Assembly (NCBI GenBank): GCA_030390025.1
Contig: CM059425.1
Coordinates: 175,214,001-175,278,000 of the forward strand
Reading direction: 5' to 3'
DNA length: 64,000 nucleotides
DNA from: Squalus acanthias
Taxonomy: Eukaryota
The notes beneath the pieces are model-generated. The model did not search any database. It saw only the letters and a program-made list of their open reading frames with translations, and was not told the DNA's origin. Positions 22,244 through 34,080 of the stretch are shown piece by piece. Position numbers and translations under genes: made by a program. Position 1 is the stretch's first letter. Each line of letters starts with the position of its first letter.

Positions 22244-25200
22244 AAATATATTCAATGACCCAGCCTCCTCAGCTCTCTGGGGAAGAGAATTCCAAAGATT
22301 CATGACCCTCTGAGAGAAGAAATTCCTCCTCATTTCTGTTTTAAATGGGTGCCCCCTTATTCTGAAATTATGCCCCCTAGTTCTAGATTCCCCCACGCGG
22401 GGAAACATCCTCTCTGCATCTACCCTGTCAAGCCCCTTCAGAATCTTGTATGTTTCAATAAGATCCCCTCTCATTCTTCTAAACTCCAATGAGTATAGGC
22501 TCAACCTTTCTTCATAAGACAACCTCTTCATCTCTGGAATCAACCTAGTGAACCTTCTCTGAACTGCCTCCAATGCAAGTATATCCTTCCTTAAATAAGG
22601 AGACCAAAACTGTACGCAGTGCTCCAGGTGTGGTCTCACCAACGCCCTGTAAAGTTGTAACAGGACTTCCCTACTTTTATACTCCATTCCCTTTGCAATA
22701 AAGGCCAGCACTCCATTTGCCTTCCTAATTAATTGCTGTATCTGCATGTTAACTTTTTGTGATTCATGTACAAGGACCCCCAGATCCCTCTGTACCTCAG
22801 TATTTTGTAATCTCTCTCCATTTAAATAATTTGCTTTTTCATTTTTCCTACCAAAGTGGATAACCTCGCATTTTCCCACATTAAACTCCATCTGCCAGAT
22901 TTTTGCCCACTCACTTAGCCTATCTATATTCCTTTGGAGATTCTTTGCATCCTCCACACAATTTGCTTTCCCACCTATCTTTGTATCATCAGCAAATTTG
23001 GCTACATTATACTCAGTCCCTTCATCCAAGTCATTAATATAGATTGTAAATAGTTGAGGCCCCAGCACTGATCCCTGCGGCACCCCACGAGTTACAGTTT
23101 GCCAACCTGAAAATGACCCATTTATCCCAACTCTGTTTTCTGTTAGTTAGCCAATCCTCTATCCATGCTAATATATTACCCCCAACCCTGTGAGCTCTTA
23201 TCTTGTGTAGTAACCTTTTATGTGCACCTTATTGAATGCCTTCTGGAAATCCAAATACATGACATCTACTGGTTCCCCTTTATCCACCCTGCTCGTTACA
23301 TCCTCAAAGAACTCCAGCAAATTTGTCAAACATGATTTCCCTTTCATAAAACCATGCTGACTCTGCTTGACTATTATGATTTTCTAAATGTCCTGCTATC
23401 ACTTCCTTAATGATGGACTCCAGCATTTTCCCAATGACAGATGTTAGGCTAACTGGTCGATAGTTGCCTGCTTTCTATCTCCCTCCTTTCTTAAATAGGG
23501 GCGTTACATTTGTGGTTTTCCAATCTGCTGGGACCTCTCCAGAATCCAGGGAATTTTACATAGAAACATAGAAGATAGGAGCAGGAGTAGGCCATTCGGC
23601 CCCTCGAGCCTGCTCCGCCATTCAATGCGATCATGGCTGATCATCTAAATTCAGTACCCTGTCCCTGCTTTCTCCCCATATCCCTTGATCCCCTTAGCCT
23701 TAAGAAATATATCTAACTCCTTCTTGAATATATTTAATGAATTGGCCTCAACTGCCTTCTGTGGTAGAGAATTCCACAGGTTCACCACTCTCTGGGTGAA
23801 GAAATTCCTCCTCATCTCAGTCCTAAATGGCTTACCCCCTATCCATAGACTGTGACCCCTGGTTCTGGACTCCCCCGCCATTGGGAACAGCCTTCCTGCA
23901 TCTAGTCTGTCTAGTCCTGTTAGAATTTTATAAGTTTCAATGAGATCCCCTCTCATTCTTCTAAACTCTAGCGAATATAAGCCTAATCGACCCAATCTCT
24001 CTTCATACGTCATTCCTGCCATCCCAGGTATCAGTCTGGTGAATCTTCGCTGCACTCCCTCCATGGCAAGAACATCCTTCCTCAGATAAGGCGACCAAAA
24101 CTGCACACAATACTCAAGGTGTGGTCTCACCAAGGCCCTGTACAACTGCAGCAAGACATCCTTGCTCCTGTACTCGAATCCTCTCGCTATGAAGGTCAAC
24201 GTACCATTTGCCTTCTTAACCGCCTGCTGCACCTGCATGCTTACCTTCAGCGACTGGTGCACAAGGACACTTCCCCTTTTCCCAACCTATTGCCGTTCAG
24301 ATAATAATCTGCCTTCCTGTTTTTGCCACCAAAGTGGATAACCTCGCATTTATCCACATTATACTGCATCTGCCCAATCACCCAACCTGTCCAAATCATA
24401 CTGGAGTTTCTCTGCATCCTCCTCACAACACACACGCCCACCCAGCTTTGTGTCGTCTGCAAACTTAGAGATATTACATCTAGTTCCCTCGTCTAGATCA
24501 TTAATATATATTGTGAATAACTGGGGTCCTAGCACCCAGGTCTTGTTGCACTTCCCCTTTTCCCAATCTATTGCCGTTCAGATAATAATCTGCCTTCCTG
24601 TTTTTGCCACCAAAGTGGATAACCTTGCATTTATCCACATTATACTGCATCTGCCATGCTTCTGCCCAATCACCCAACCTGTCTTTTGATAGATTACAAA
24701 CAATGCATCCAGTATCTCTGCAGCCACCTATTTTAAGACTCTAGGATGCAGGCCATCGGGTCATGGGGACTTGTCCACCTTTAGTCCCATTAGTTTGCCT
24801 GGTACTTTCTGTCTAGTGATAGTGATTGTTTTAAGTCCCCCCTCACCCCAATAGCCACTTGATTATCCATTATTGGGATGCTTTTAGTGTCTTCTACCGT
24901 GAAGACCAATACAAAATATTTGTTCAAAGTCTCCGCCATTTCCCTGTTTCCCATTATTAATTCCCCAGACTCGTCATCTAGGGGACCAATGTTTACTTTA
25001 GCTACTCTCTTCCTTTTAATATACCTGTAGAAGCTCTTACTGTCTGTTTTATATTTCTTGCTCGCTTACTCTCTCAAGCTATCTTCTCTCTCTATCATTT
25101 TTTTAGTCGTCCTTTGCTGGGTTTTAAAAATGTCTCAATCCTCTGGCCTTTCACTATTCTTTGCAACATTGTATTTGTTTTCAATTTGATACCATCCTTT

Positions 25201-25675
25201 ACTTCCTTAGTTAGCCATGGATGGTTCATCCTTCTCTTGGTCTTTCTTTCTCACTGGAATATATATTTGCTGAGAGTTATGAAATATCTCCTTAAATGTT
25301 TGCCACTGCTTTACTGCAGTCTTACCCTGTAATATATTTTCCCAGTCCACTTTAACCAAGTCTGCCTTCATACCTTTGTAATTACCTTTGTTTAAGTTCA
25401 GGACACTAGTTTGAGACCTAGCTTTCTCACCCTCAAACTGAATTTGAAATTCTACCATGCTATGATCACTCTTCCCAAGAGGATCCTTCACTTCGAGATC
25501 ATTAATTAATCCAGCCTCGTTACACATCATCAGATCTAAAATAGTCTTCTCCCTGGTTGGTTCCACAACGTATTGTTCCAAGAAACCATCCTGCATACAC
25601 TCTAAGAACTCTTCCTCAAGTCTACCTTTGCCAATTTGCTTTGTCCAATCAATATGAAGATTACAATCTCCCATG
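22244..25675 (-). mobile_element. CR1 ORF2 fragment (APE C-terminus to RT end) split by a younger CR1
   Basis: ORF 22229-23083 ([12 protein letters not shown]); sequence AGGGAATTTT|GATAGATT resumes at 24684; GKSDH in 25207-25773. Confidence 0.9.
23558..24683 (-). mobile_element. Young 5'-truncated CR1, near-identical to 3591-4560, with a rearranged 5' end
   Basis: ORF 23651-24262 is almost identical to 3678-4286; TTTT duplicated at both junctions. Confidence 0.92.
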
Positions 25676-25925
25676 AAGCAGCTGGAGATGGTTGGGCCTA
25701 GGACACTGCCCTGAGGAACTCCTGCAGTGATGTCCTGGGGCTGTGATGATTGACCTTCAATCACCACAACCATCTTCCTTTTGTGCTTGGTATGACTCCA
25801 GCCAGTGGAGAGTTTTCCCCCTGATTCCCAATGATTTCAGTTTTTACTCGGGCTCCTTGATGCCACACTCGGTCAAATGCTGCCTTGATGTCAAGTGCAG
25901 TCACTCTCATCTCACCTCTGCAATT
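25672..25925 (-). mobile_element. Family B LINE RT fragment
   Basis: [28 protein letters not shown]; matches ~2230-2460. Confidence 0.88.
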
Positions 25926-25929
25926 CGAT

Positions 25930-26535
25930 CATGTAGCATTCCTACAACAGTGACTACACTCCAAAAGTACTTCATTGGCTGTAAAGCACTTTGAGACGTC
26001 TGGTGGTCATGAAAAGCGCTATATAAATTCAAGTCTGTCTGTCTTTCCCTCAGGACTGCACTGAAGTGTCAGCCTAGTTTATGTGTTGGGAGTCCTGGGC
26101 TTGAGATCTCGATGTTTTGACTCGGGTGTGAGTGCTAACACTGAGCCAAGTTGACCGTTATCACTTCTTAGAAATACCTAAAGCATTTCACATGTAATTA
26201 ATTTCCTATAAGTGCTGTCATTGTTATGTAGATGAATGCAACAACCATTTTGTACACTGTAAGATCCCACAAATAACAATGAGAAGAATGACCAGTAGGG
26301 AGAAATACTTGCTGAGATAGTAGAAAACACCCTGCTCCTCTAAGTAATGCTGGTTGAAGCTTTAATATCCTCCTCAACAGGCAGACTATTTTTAACATCT
26401 CATCTGAATGATGGCACTTACAACACAGCAGGACTCTCTTGCACTGAGATATCGGGCTAGTCTTGGGGGGGTATTTGAACCCATAATCTCAGACAACAAG
26501 GCGAGACTGCTAGCAACTGCTGCCAAGCTGACACC
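25930..26535. mobile_element. Cluster of tRNA/Deu-type SINE pieces (both strands)
   Basis: SINE 3' part CAGTGACTACAC..GCGCTATATAAAT (+), tRNA-like heads (-) and a Deu-like core similar to 59824-60110. Confidence 0.65.
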
Positions 26536-26579
26536 ATATACTAGACTACCTGGTATATTTTATAAAAGTGTAGGGTATA

Positions 26580-27572
26580 GATAAGGAGACCAAAACTGCA
26601 CACAGTACTCCAGGTGTGGTCTCACCAAGGCCCTGTACAACTGTAGTAAGACATCCTTGCTCCTGTACTCAAATCCTCTTGCAATGAAGGCCAACATACC
26701 ATTTGCCTTCCTAACTGCTTGCTGCACCTGCATGTTTGCTTTCAGTGACTGGTGTACAAGGACACCCAGGTCCCTTTGTACATCAGCATTTCCCAATCTA
26801 TCACCATTTAAACAATACTCTACCTTTCTGTTTTTCCTACCGAAGTGGATAACTTCACATTTATCCACGTTATACTGCATCTGCCATGTATTTGCCCACT
26901 CACTCAACTTGTCTAAATCGCCTTGAAGCCTCTTTGCATCCTCCTCACAACTCACAATCCCGCCTAGTTTTGTGTCGTCAGCAAACTTGGAAAATATTAC
27001 ATTTGATTCCCTCATCCAAATCATTGATATATAGTGAATAACTGGGGCCCAAGCACTGATCCCACTAGTCACCGCCTGCCACCCCGAAAAAGACCCATTT
27101 ATTCCTACTATCTGTTTCCTGTCTGGTAACCAATTTTCAATCCATGCCAGTATATTACCTCCAACCCCATGTGCTTTAATTTTGCACACTAACCTCTTAT
27201 GTGTGACTTTATCAAAGGCCTTCTGAAAATCCAAATACACCACATCCACTGGTTCTCCCTTATCTATTCTACCAGTTACATCCTCAAAAAACTCCAGTAG
27301 GTTTGTCAAACAAGATTTCCCTTTCATAAATCCATGTTGACTTTGTCTAATCCCGTTGATATTTTCTAAGTGTCCTTTTATCACATCCTTTATAATAGAC
27401 TCTAGCATTTTCCCTACTACTGATGTTAGGCTAACCGGTCTGTAGTTCACCGTTTTCTCTCTCCCTCCTTTTTTAAATAGTGGGGCTACATTTGCCACCC
27501 TCCAATCTGTAGGAACTGTTCCATAATCTATAGAATTTTGGAAGATGACAACCAATGCATCCACTATTTCCA
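26580..27572 (-). mobile_element. CR1 RT fragment
   Basis: ORF 26560-27573 carries RT motifs ([15 protein letters not shown]). Confidence 0.93.
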
Positions 27573-27756
27573 TCTTATGACAATCAATATATCGGTATTT
27601 TTTTGACCTTCTTGTCCATATAACTTAGTGTCACACCATGCTGCATATTGCACTGGAACTTTCATCAAGGCCAGCTCGGACAAAAAAATACCTATACCCT
27701 TCTACTACATGTACTTTGGCAGACTCCAGTGATAGATTCCCATAATCTAAACGGAG

Positions 27757-28530
27757 ATACATAGAAATACATAGAAGTCACAGCATGGAAGCAGGTCATT
27801 TGACGCCACTAGGCCATGTTGCGTTTATTCTGCACGAGGTTCCCTTCGACCCTATTTTCTTCATCCACTTATTTAATCTATTCTTGAATGTTGATAGAGT
27901 TTGTGCCTGGACCACTAACCCTGGAAATAACTTCCACAGCCTCAACACTCTGTGTGGAAAAAGTTTCTCCTGCCATCTCTTCTAAAACTTGTATTTCTTC
28001 ATTCTCTGCAGCAACCTAGTAAATCTGTGCTGTGCTCTCTCTAAAGCTTCAATATCCTTCCTACAGTGTGGAGCCCAACACTACGCATAGTATTATAACT
28101 GAGGTCTTATTAAAGTTTTATAGAGGCTCATCATTATCTGTTAAATTATATATTCCCCATTTCTGTTACCTCCTTAGTTTTTGACAAACCTCAAAATACT
28201 TTATCATCCCCTTTGAAATCTGTGCTGGCTGCTTCTATTTTATCTGTATCTAGATATGTGGTAATTTCATCATTAACTGAAGATTTAAAAATTTTCCCTG
28301 CCACAGATGTTAAACTAAATGGCCTGTCATTACCTGAATTAGCTCTCTTTTTAAAAATTGGTACTACATTGGCGACTCTCCAATCCTCCAGCACACATCC
28401 AGATTGAATAGAGTCCTGAAATATAATTTTTGAGGCCTCTGCAATTTCCTCCTTCAACTCCTTCAGGACCCTGGGATGTATCCCTCCAGTCCCTGGTGCT
28501 CTGTCTTCTCCTAGCTTAATTTATCTAAAT
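27757..28530 (-). mobile_element. Old CR1 fragments
   Basis: EDWRVANVVPIFKK in ORF 28191-28457; 3' tail ACATAGAA repeats. Confidence 0.8.
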
Positions 28531-28954
28531 TTTTCCTTTTATCACAAGATGCTGTTGTGCCATGTGGCTTGAACTGCAGTGATAGGCATTCTCATTTTTT
28601 AATTAAGTTCACACTAGAATTGATATCTAGCAGGTTATATGTCTTCTTTCACTGCATGTAATGAGCAGTTGAATAGTGTGTTTTTTTTGTTTTGTAAGAC
28701 ATTGAATGAAAGTGATACTCAAATGGTTGCTCAACATCATTTGAACCCAAGCTGTGCTGCACCCTTCAGGTACACATAGTCATCTGAACGCTAAGAGTAA
28801 AGGTGGAACTGGGTCTACATCCAAAACCTCAACCAATCTTTTCTCTTTACATATGCTGAGAGATTTGCTGTGTATTTCCAATATTTTCTGTTTTTATTTT
28901 AATTTCCAAATTTTTATCTGAACTGACTGTTGTAGCTTTGAACTACAACAAATA

Positions 28955-29895
28955 TATATTAATGACCTGGACTTGGGTATGCAGGGCATAATTTCAAAGT
29001 TTACAGATACACAGAACTCGGAAATGTAGTAAACAATCAGGAGGATAGTAACAGACTTCAGGAGGACATAGACTGGTGAAATGGGCAGACACCTGGCAGA
29101 TGTAATTTACTGCAGAGAAGTGTGAAGTGATACATTATGGTAGGAAGAATGAGAAGAGGCAATATAGAACAGAGAAGGTTAAGGGGAGATTTAATGGGGG
29201 TGTTCAAAATCATGACAGGCTTTGATAGAGTAAATAAGGAGAAACTGTTTCCATTGGCAGAAGAGTCGGTAACCAGAGAACACAGATTTAAGGTACAGGA
29301 AACTCTTTATTAACCGGGACCGGCGTGGTGCCGGTTAATCAAAAAGTCCGGATAACGGAGAGTTATATCTCCCAACATACGAGAGCCCCGTACACACTGA
29401 CATGCGCCTGCATTCGGAGCTCCGTCTCCCCGGGGACCGCCAGCTGACCATCTGTCGTATCCGCTGCCTACCCGGGCTGCACATTCCCCTCCCAATCTAC
29501 ACGCTCCGATACAAGGCAAACGCCTCGGTTTTTTTTTTAAAGTTAATCTTAAACGAGAGATGAAGGAAAACCCCGGTTCCCTACTCCTGAATTTTGCTGG
29601 TTAAGAGAGATTTCCGGATATTTGGGTGCCGGTTAATAAAGAGTTTCCTGTAATTGGCAAAAGAACCAGAGGTGAGATGAGTTCTTATTTTACGCAGAGA
29701 GTTAGGATCTGGAATGCACTGCCTGAAATGGTGGTGGAAGCAGATTCAATAATAACTTTCAAAAGGGAATTGGATAAATACTTGAAGTGGAAAAATTTGC
29801 AGGGCTATGGGGAAAGGGCAGGGGAATGGGACTAATTGGATAGCTCTTTCAAAGGTACGCTGGCCTGCTTCTGTGATGTATCATTCTATGATTCT
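28955..29895 (+). mobile_element. CR1 fragment interrupted by a Tigger-like MITE
   Basis: INDLD..WQM and TQRVRIWNALP motifs; CACAGATTTAAGGTA|ATTGGCAAAAG is restored on removing the MITE. Confidence 0.85.
29296..29650. mobile_element. Tc1/mariner (pogo/Tigger-like) MITE, 355 bp
   Basis: Perfect 22-bp TIR CAGGAAACTCTTTATTAACCGG; TA duplicated (29294-29295, 29651-29652); CpG-rich. Confidence 0.92.
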
Positions 29896-30059
29896 CGCTA
29901 CTAACCTTGGAAGTGACTTCCACAGCCTCTCAACACTCTGAAGAAGTATCTCCTGCCCTCCCTTCCAAAACTCGTATTTAATTTTGTGCCTATGGCCCCT
30001 CTTTCTTGACCTCTCAACTACTGCAAACAGTCTGCTTCTACTCTGGGAGCATAATCTGC

Positions 30060-31115
30060 AAGTCTGCAAATTATACTAAGATCTGTGTGAGTGTTAGGAC
30101 TGTAGACGATGCTCGACTGCTTCAGGTGTATCTTAATGTGTTAGGGGATTGGGCTTGTGACTGGCAAATGATGTTTAACTTGGAAAAGTGCAGTGCTATG
30201 CATGTGGGCAGGGTGAATGCTGAACATACATACACCCTTCAGGGAAAAGCACTAAAGCAGGTGGAGAAAGGAGGAGATCTGGGCATTCTAGTGCATAGAT
30301 CTCAAAGGTTCATGAGCAATGCCATGAAGTAATAGCTAGAGTGACTAAGGTGTTGGGCTGCATTTATAGGACAATTGACTATGATAAAGCATACTATTTT
30401 GTCCTTTTACAAGACCTTGGCCAGGCCTCGATTAGAATACTGTCCAGTTTTGATGACCTCACATGGTGGGTGATATTGAGACTTTGGAAAGGGTGCAGAG
30501 AAGGGCTACTAGATTAATTGCCAGTTTGAAGCATCGTAGTTACTGAGATAGGCTAAAAGAGCTTGGACTCTACACTTTAGAGAAGCAAAGACTGAGGGGT
30601 GATTTGATCGAGGTTTATAAGATGAAGAAGGGAATAGATTGTGTTCAAGTAGACAGTTTGTTCAAAATAAAAGGTTAGGAAGGACCAGGGGTCATAATTT
30701 TAAGTTGTATAAGGCCAGATCGAGGTTAGATGTCAGGAGGTGGTTCTTTTCTCCGAGAATAGTGGACCTCTGGAACAGGCTGCCGGCTCGTGTGATGGAC
30801 GCTGATTTGTTGAATTCCTTCAAGCGAGAGCTGGACCTATTTCTGAGGCAGAGATGACATCATACAAAAGGTAGGTACTGCATGGGGTTATCGAGGAGAG
30901 AGTGATCATCTGGATTAGTTTTGATAACCTAAGGGGGCTGGAGAGTAATTTCAGATTTTTTCTCCCAAATTGGCTGGGGTTGTTTTTGGCCTCTTCCAGG
31001 AGATCACATGGTTTCGGGTGGCATGGGGATTGTATAAATTGTGATGCATAGGTCATCACAATTGTGTGGGACAGGCTGGACGGACCAGAGGGTCTTTTCC
31101 TGTCCGTCATTGTTC
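30060..31115 (+). mobile_element. CR1 3' fragment (distinct subfamily)
   Basis: DWQMMFNLEKC, RTRGHNFKL..LDVRRWFFS.RIVDLWNRLP. Confidence 0.88.
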
Positions 31116-31358
31116 ATGTGGACTCGCAGTTTTATTTTGGAGACTTTTATTTGGAAGGGAGTTCACAGGTAGGAGAAATAGTTTGTGAAGCTTTGTCACT
31201 TGTATTCTGTGTAGACTTTGATGTTATAGGAGGTGAACTTTAATATTAAATACACTATTCTTGTCAAGGTCACAGTTGCATAACTTTGAACTATATTGAG
31301 TCAAAAAGCAAAAGATAGATATTTCCCCACAGGCTGGAAAACAAAATTATAATATGGC

Positions 31359-31584
31359 AATAAAAACAGAAAGCCCCCAACAGGTCAGGCAGCACCTGAG
31401 GGGAGAGGAAGGTAGGATTAACATTTGAGTTAGTTGATCTTTCATCAGGGGTTCTGGTGATTGGTCATTGACCTGAAATATTAACTCTACCTTCCTCTCT
31501 TCACAGATGCTGCCCTACCTTCAGAGTATTTTCCAAATGTTTTTATTTCAAATTTCCAGCATCTGCAGTAATTTGCTTTTTGTA
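31359..31584. mobile_element. Degraded head-to-head inverted pair of Penelope-derived hammerhead elements
   Basis: CAGGTCAGGCAGCACCTG...TTCATCAG (minus-strand copy), then CTGGTGA..GACCTGAAATATT..CAGATGCTGCC (plus-strand copy); homologous to 5293-5385. Confidence 0.7.
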
Positions 31585-31909
31585 TAATATTGCAACACTA
31601 ATACATAGAAGTTACATCACAGAAACCGGCCATTTGGCCCAACCAGTCTGTGTCGGCGCTTACTCTCCATTAGAGCAAATAATTATAATCACTTTTACCC
31701 ACCCTGTTCCCATATCCTTTCAGCCCTTTTCCGTTATCCATCTATTCAATCTAACCTTGAATACAGCACAGGAGGAGGCCATTTCACCCATAGTGGCTGT
31801 GCTGGTGCAAGCTCTTGAACTGGAGCTGTCGACTGTAAACCCATTTCCCTGCCGCTTTTCTACATTTTTATATTTTCAAATACTTAACCAATTTCCTTTT
31901 TAAATAAAG

Positions 31910-32200
31910 TGTCAGCTTGGCTCAGTTGATAACAGTCGAACTTCTGAGTCAGAAAGTTTTGGTTTCAATTCCCACTGCGGACTTGAGTACCTAATCTAAA
32001 GCTGATACTTCAGCGCAATACTAATGGAATATTACACTTAGAAGTGCTCTGATTTGGATAAGATGTTAAACCAAGGTTTGTTCTGTCTGTGGGATTTTGT
32101 TCTGTGCAAATTGGCTGCCCTGTTTGCCTATATAATAGTGACTGCACTTCGCTTTGAGGATGTGATAAGTTGCTATGCAAATGCAAGTTTGTTTGTTATA
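31910..32200 (+). mobile_element. tRNA-derived SINE with Deu-like core
   Basis: A-box-like TGGCTCAGTTG, B-box-like GGTTTCAATTCC, core CTGTGCAAATTGGCTGCC. Confidence 0.75.
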
Positions 32201-32229
32201 GTTTGTCTTCGAATACTTTACCACAAATG

Positions 32230-34080
32230 TTTATTATGTTCTAATAGCCCTCTGTGTAAAAAAAATTCTTCTAGTTTCTCCCTGTGTTATTATAATTTTG
32301 AGTCTTTGCAGATTTGTATCAATTTGGCAACCAGTGAAACATGATGTGTACTCAAAATCTTTCATAATTTTGAAAATCTGTATTAGATCTGCCTTAATTA
32401 TCTTTGTCCCCAATTTGTCAGCCCTTTCTTCAAACCCTCTCATTCCTGATATCATTCTAGTGAATCTTCAATCTACTCTTTCATGGCTTTTATGATGAGG
32501 GAATTAAGGGTTATGGGGAGCGGGCAGGGAAGTGGACGTGAGTCTAGGTTTGGATCAGCCATGATCCTATTGAATGGCGGAGCAGGCCCGAAGGGTCATA
32601 TGGCCTACTCCTGCTCCTACTTCTTATGTTCTTATATGCTTCCTATAATGGGCTGCCAAGAACTTCAGACTACTCCAGTTGTGGCCTGACCAAAGTATTA
32701 AACCAATTCATCATCACTGTCTTGATTTTAGTATTCAAATCTCAAATTCCCTTTGCCTATTTATGGTTTTTTCTATCTGCATATCTATCATTTTAAAATC
32801 CACATACCTGATTCCCTAGATTTTTCTGTTGCTCTGCTCTGTTAAAGGTATACTTCCTTTCACTATTCTCTTGTCCAAAATGTATTGCTTCATATTTATC
32901 TGCGTGGAACTGCACCTGCCACCTATCTGTCTGCTCTGCTATCCTTTTTAAGTCCTCCTGCAATATCTTGTATTTTTCTTCACAGTTTGCCATACTTCCT
33001 AATTTGGTGCTATTAGCAAACTTTGATATAATTCCTCATGTTTATTGTTAAGGTTTTGTGGTTTTCGCTAGGTATTCAACTCCGGTTCAGTGTCACTGAC
33101 GACTCCTATAAATGGTCTTTGAACTGAAGTGAAGTGTCTTTACCTGCCTAATATCGAGGTAAATAATAGTGAGATCCTGGGGTTGAACAGAGATCCTGGT
33201 CATTATAGTAGTTTAATCGAAAGCACCATGTGACCCGCCACATGATTCCCATCTTCAGTAGATGGATTGGTTATGCAATCTAGCAGATCAGTGCTCACTG
33301 TAAACCAACAAGAATAGAACAGGTAACTGAACAGTTTTCAATACAAACAGTGTATTTGTAGTCATTTACAAACTTTGCTATCCTTCTTGATGCATTAAAT
33401 CAACCAACACACTTCTGAGTTATGTCTCAACATAAGATTGAATCTGGGCTCAGGCAGCCCCAGATAAATCCACAAATAGGAACTTTTCACCACAGAGCTG
33501 TCAGTCAAAGGGTCTATAAAGAATCATTGGCTTCACCCTCCCACTCTCAGGTCTGGCATCCCAAACACAGCTGTCAATCAACTTGTCATCTGTCTGCAAC
33601 TGCATCTGGGAACACAATGGGTCAGACCATCAGCCACATACTTACTCATTTTAAATGCGTGTCTCATCGTTGCTACTACAGATAACTCGTCTAGATTGAG
33701 CTTTTGTGCATTGAAAAGGCTGGCAATTTTCTGTGTGAACCTAGGTTTCTAACCTCTCGTGCTGTTACTATTAATAAGGATTTCAAATCAATAATCTATC
33801 ACAGACAAAAATGCATCATTTTTGTCATCCATATTTAAATCATTTTAGATAACTGGAAAACAGATGTGATCCCAGCACAGATATTTGGGGCATATCATTA
33901 ACCAAAATCCCTCCAATCTGAAAGACATCCATTTACCTCTACTCTTGTTTTTCTGTTCCTTGGTCATTTCTCTATCCATATGGTTATATTCTCTTTAATG
34001 CATTGTTTTTTGCATATCACTTATGTAGTACCTATCAAAGGCCTTCTGAAAATATATAAATATCCACTGTATTCCATATT
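32230..34080 (-). mobile_element. Old CR1 fragments with a nested CR1 tail (32495-32640, +) and an unclassified insert (~33046-33770)
   Basis: LQEDL.RI..TDRWQVQFHADK; GETRRIFFTQR; reverse-strand FQKAFD near 34030-34055. Confidence 0.7.

Noticed and set aside
25207..25773. 188-aa ORF with RT motif before APE motif, a possible novel domain order
   Set aside because: Chance in-frame junction at ~25672 between a family B RT fragment and a CR1 APE fragment.
31910..31980. tRNA gene (also ~62674 and ~14510-14590)
   Set aside because: A/B boxes only, no cloverleaf, and followed by SINE bodies.
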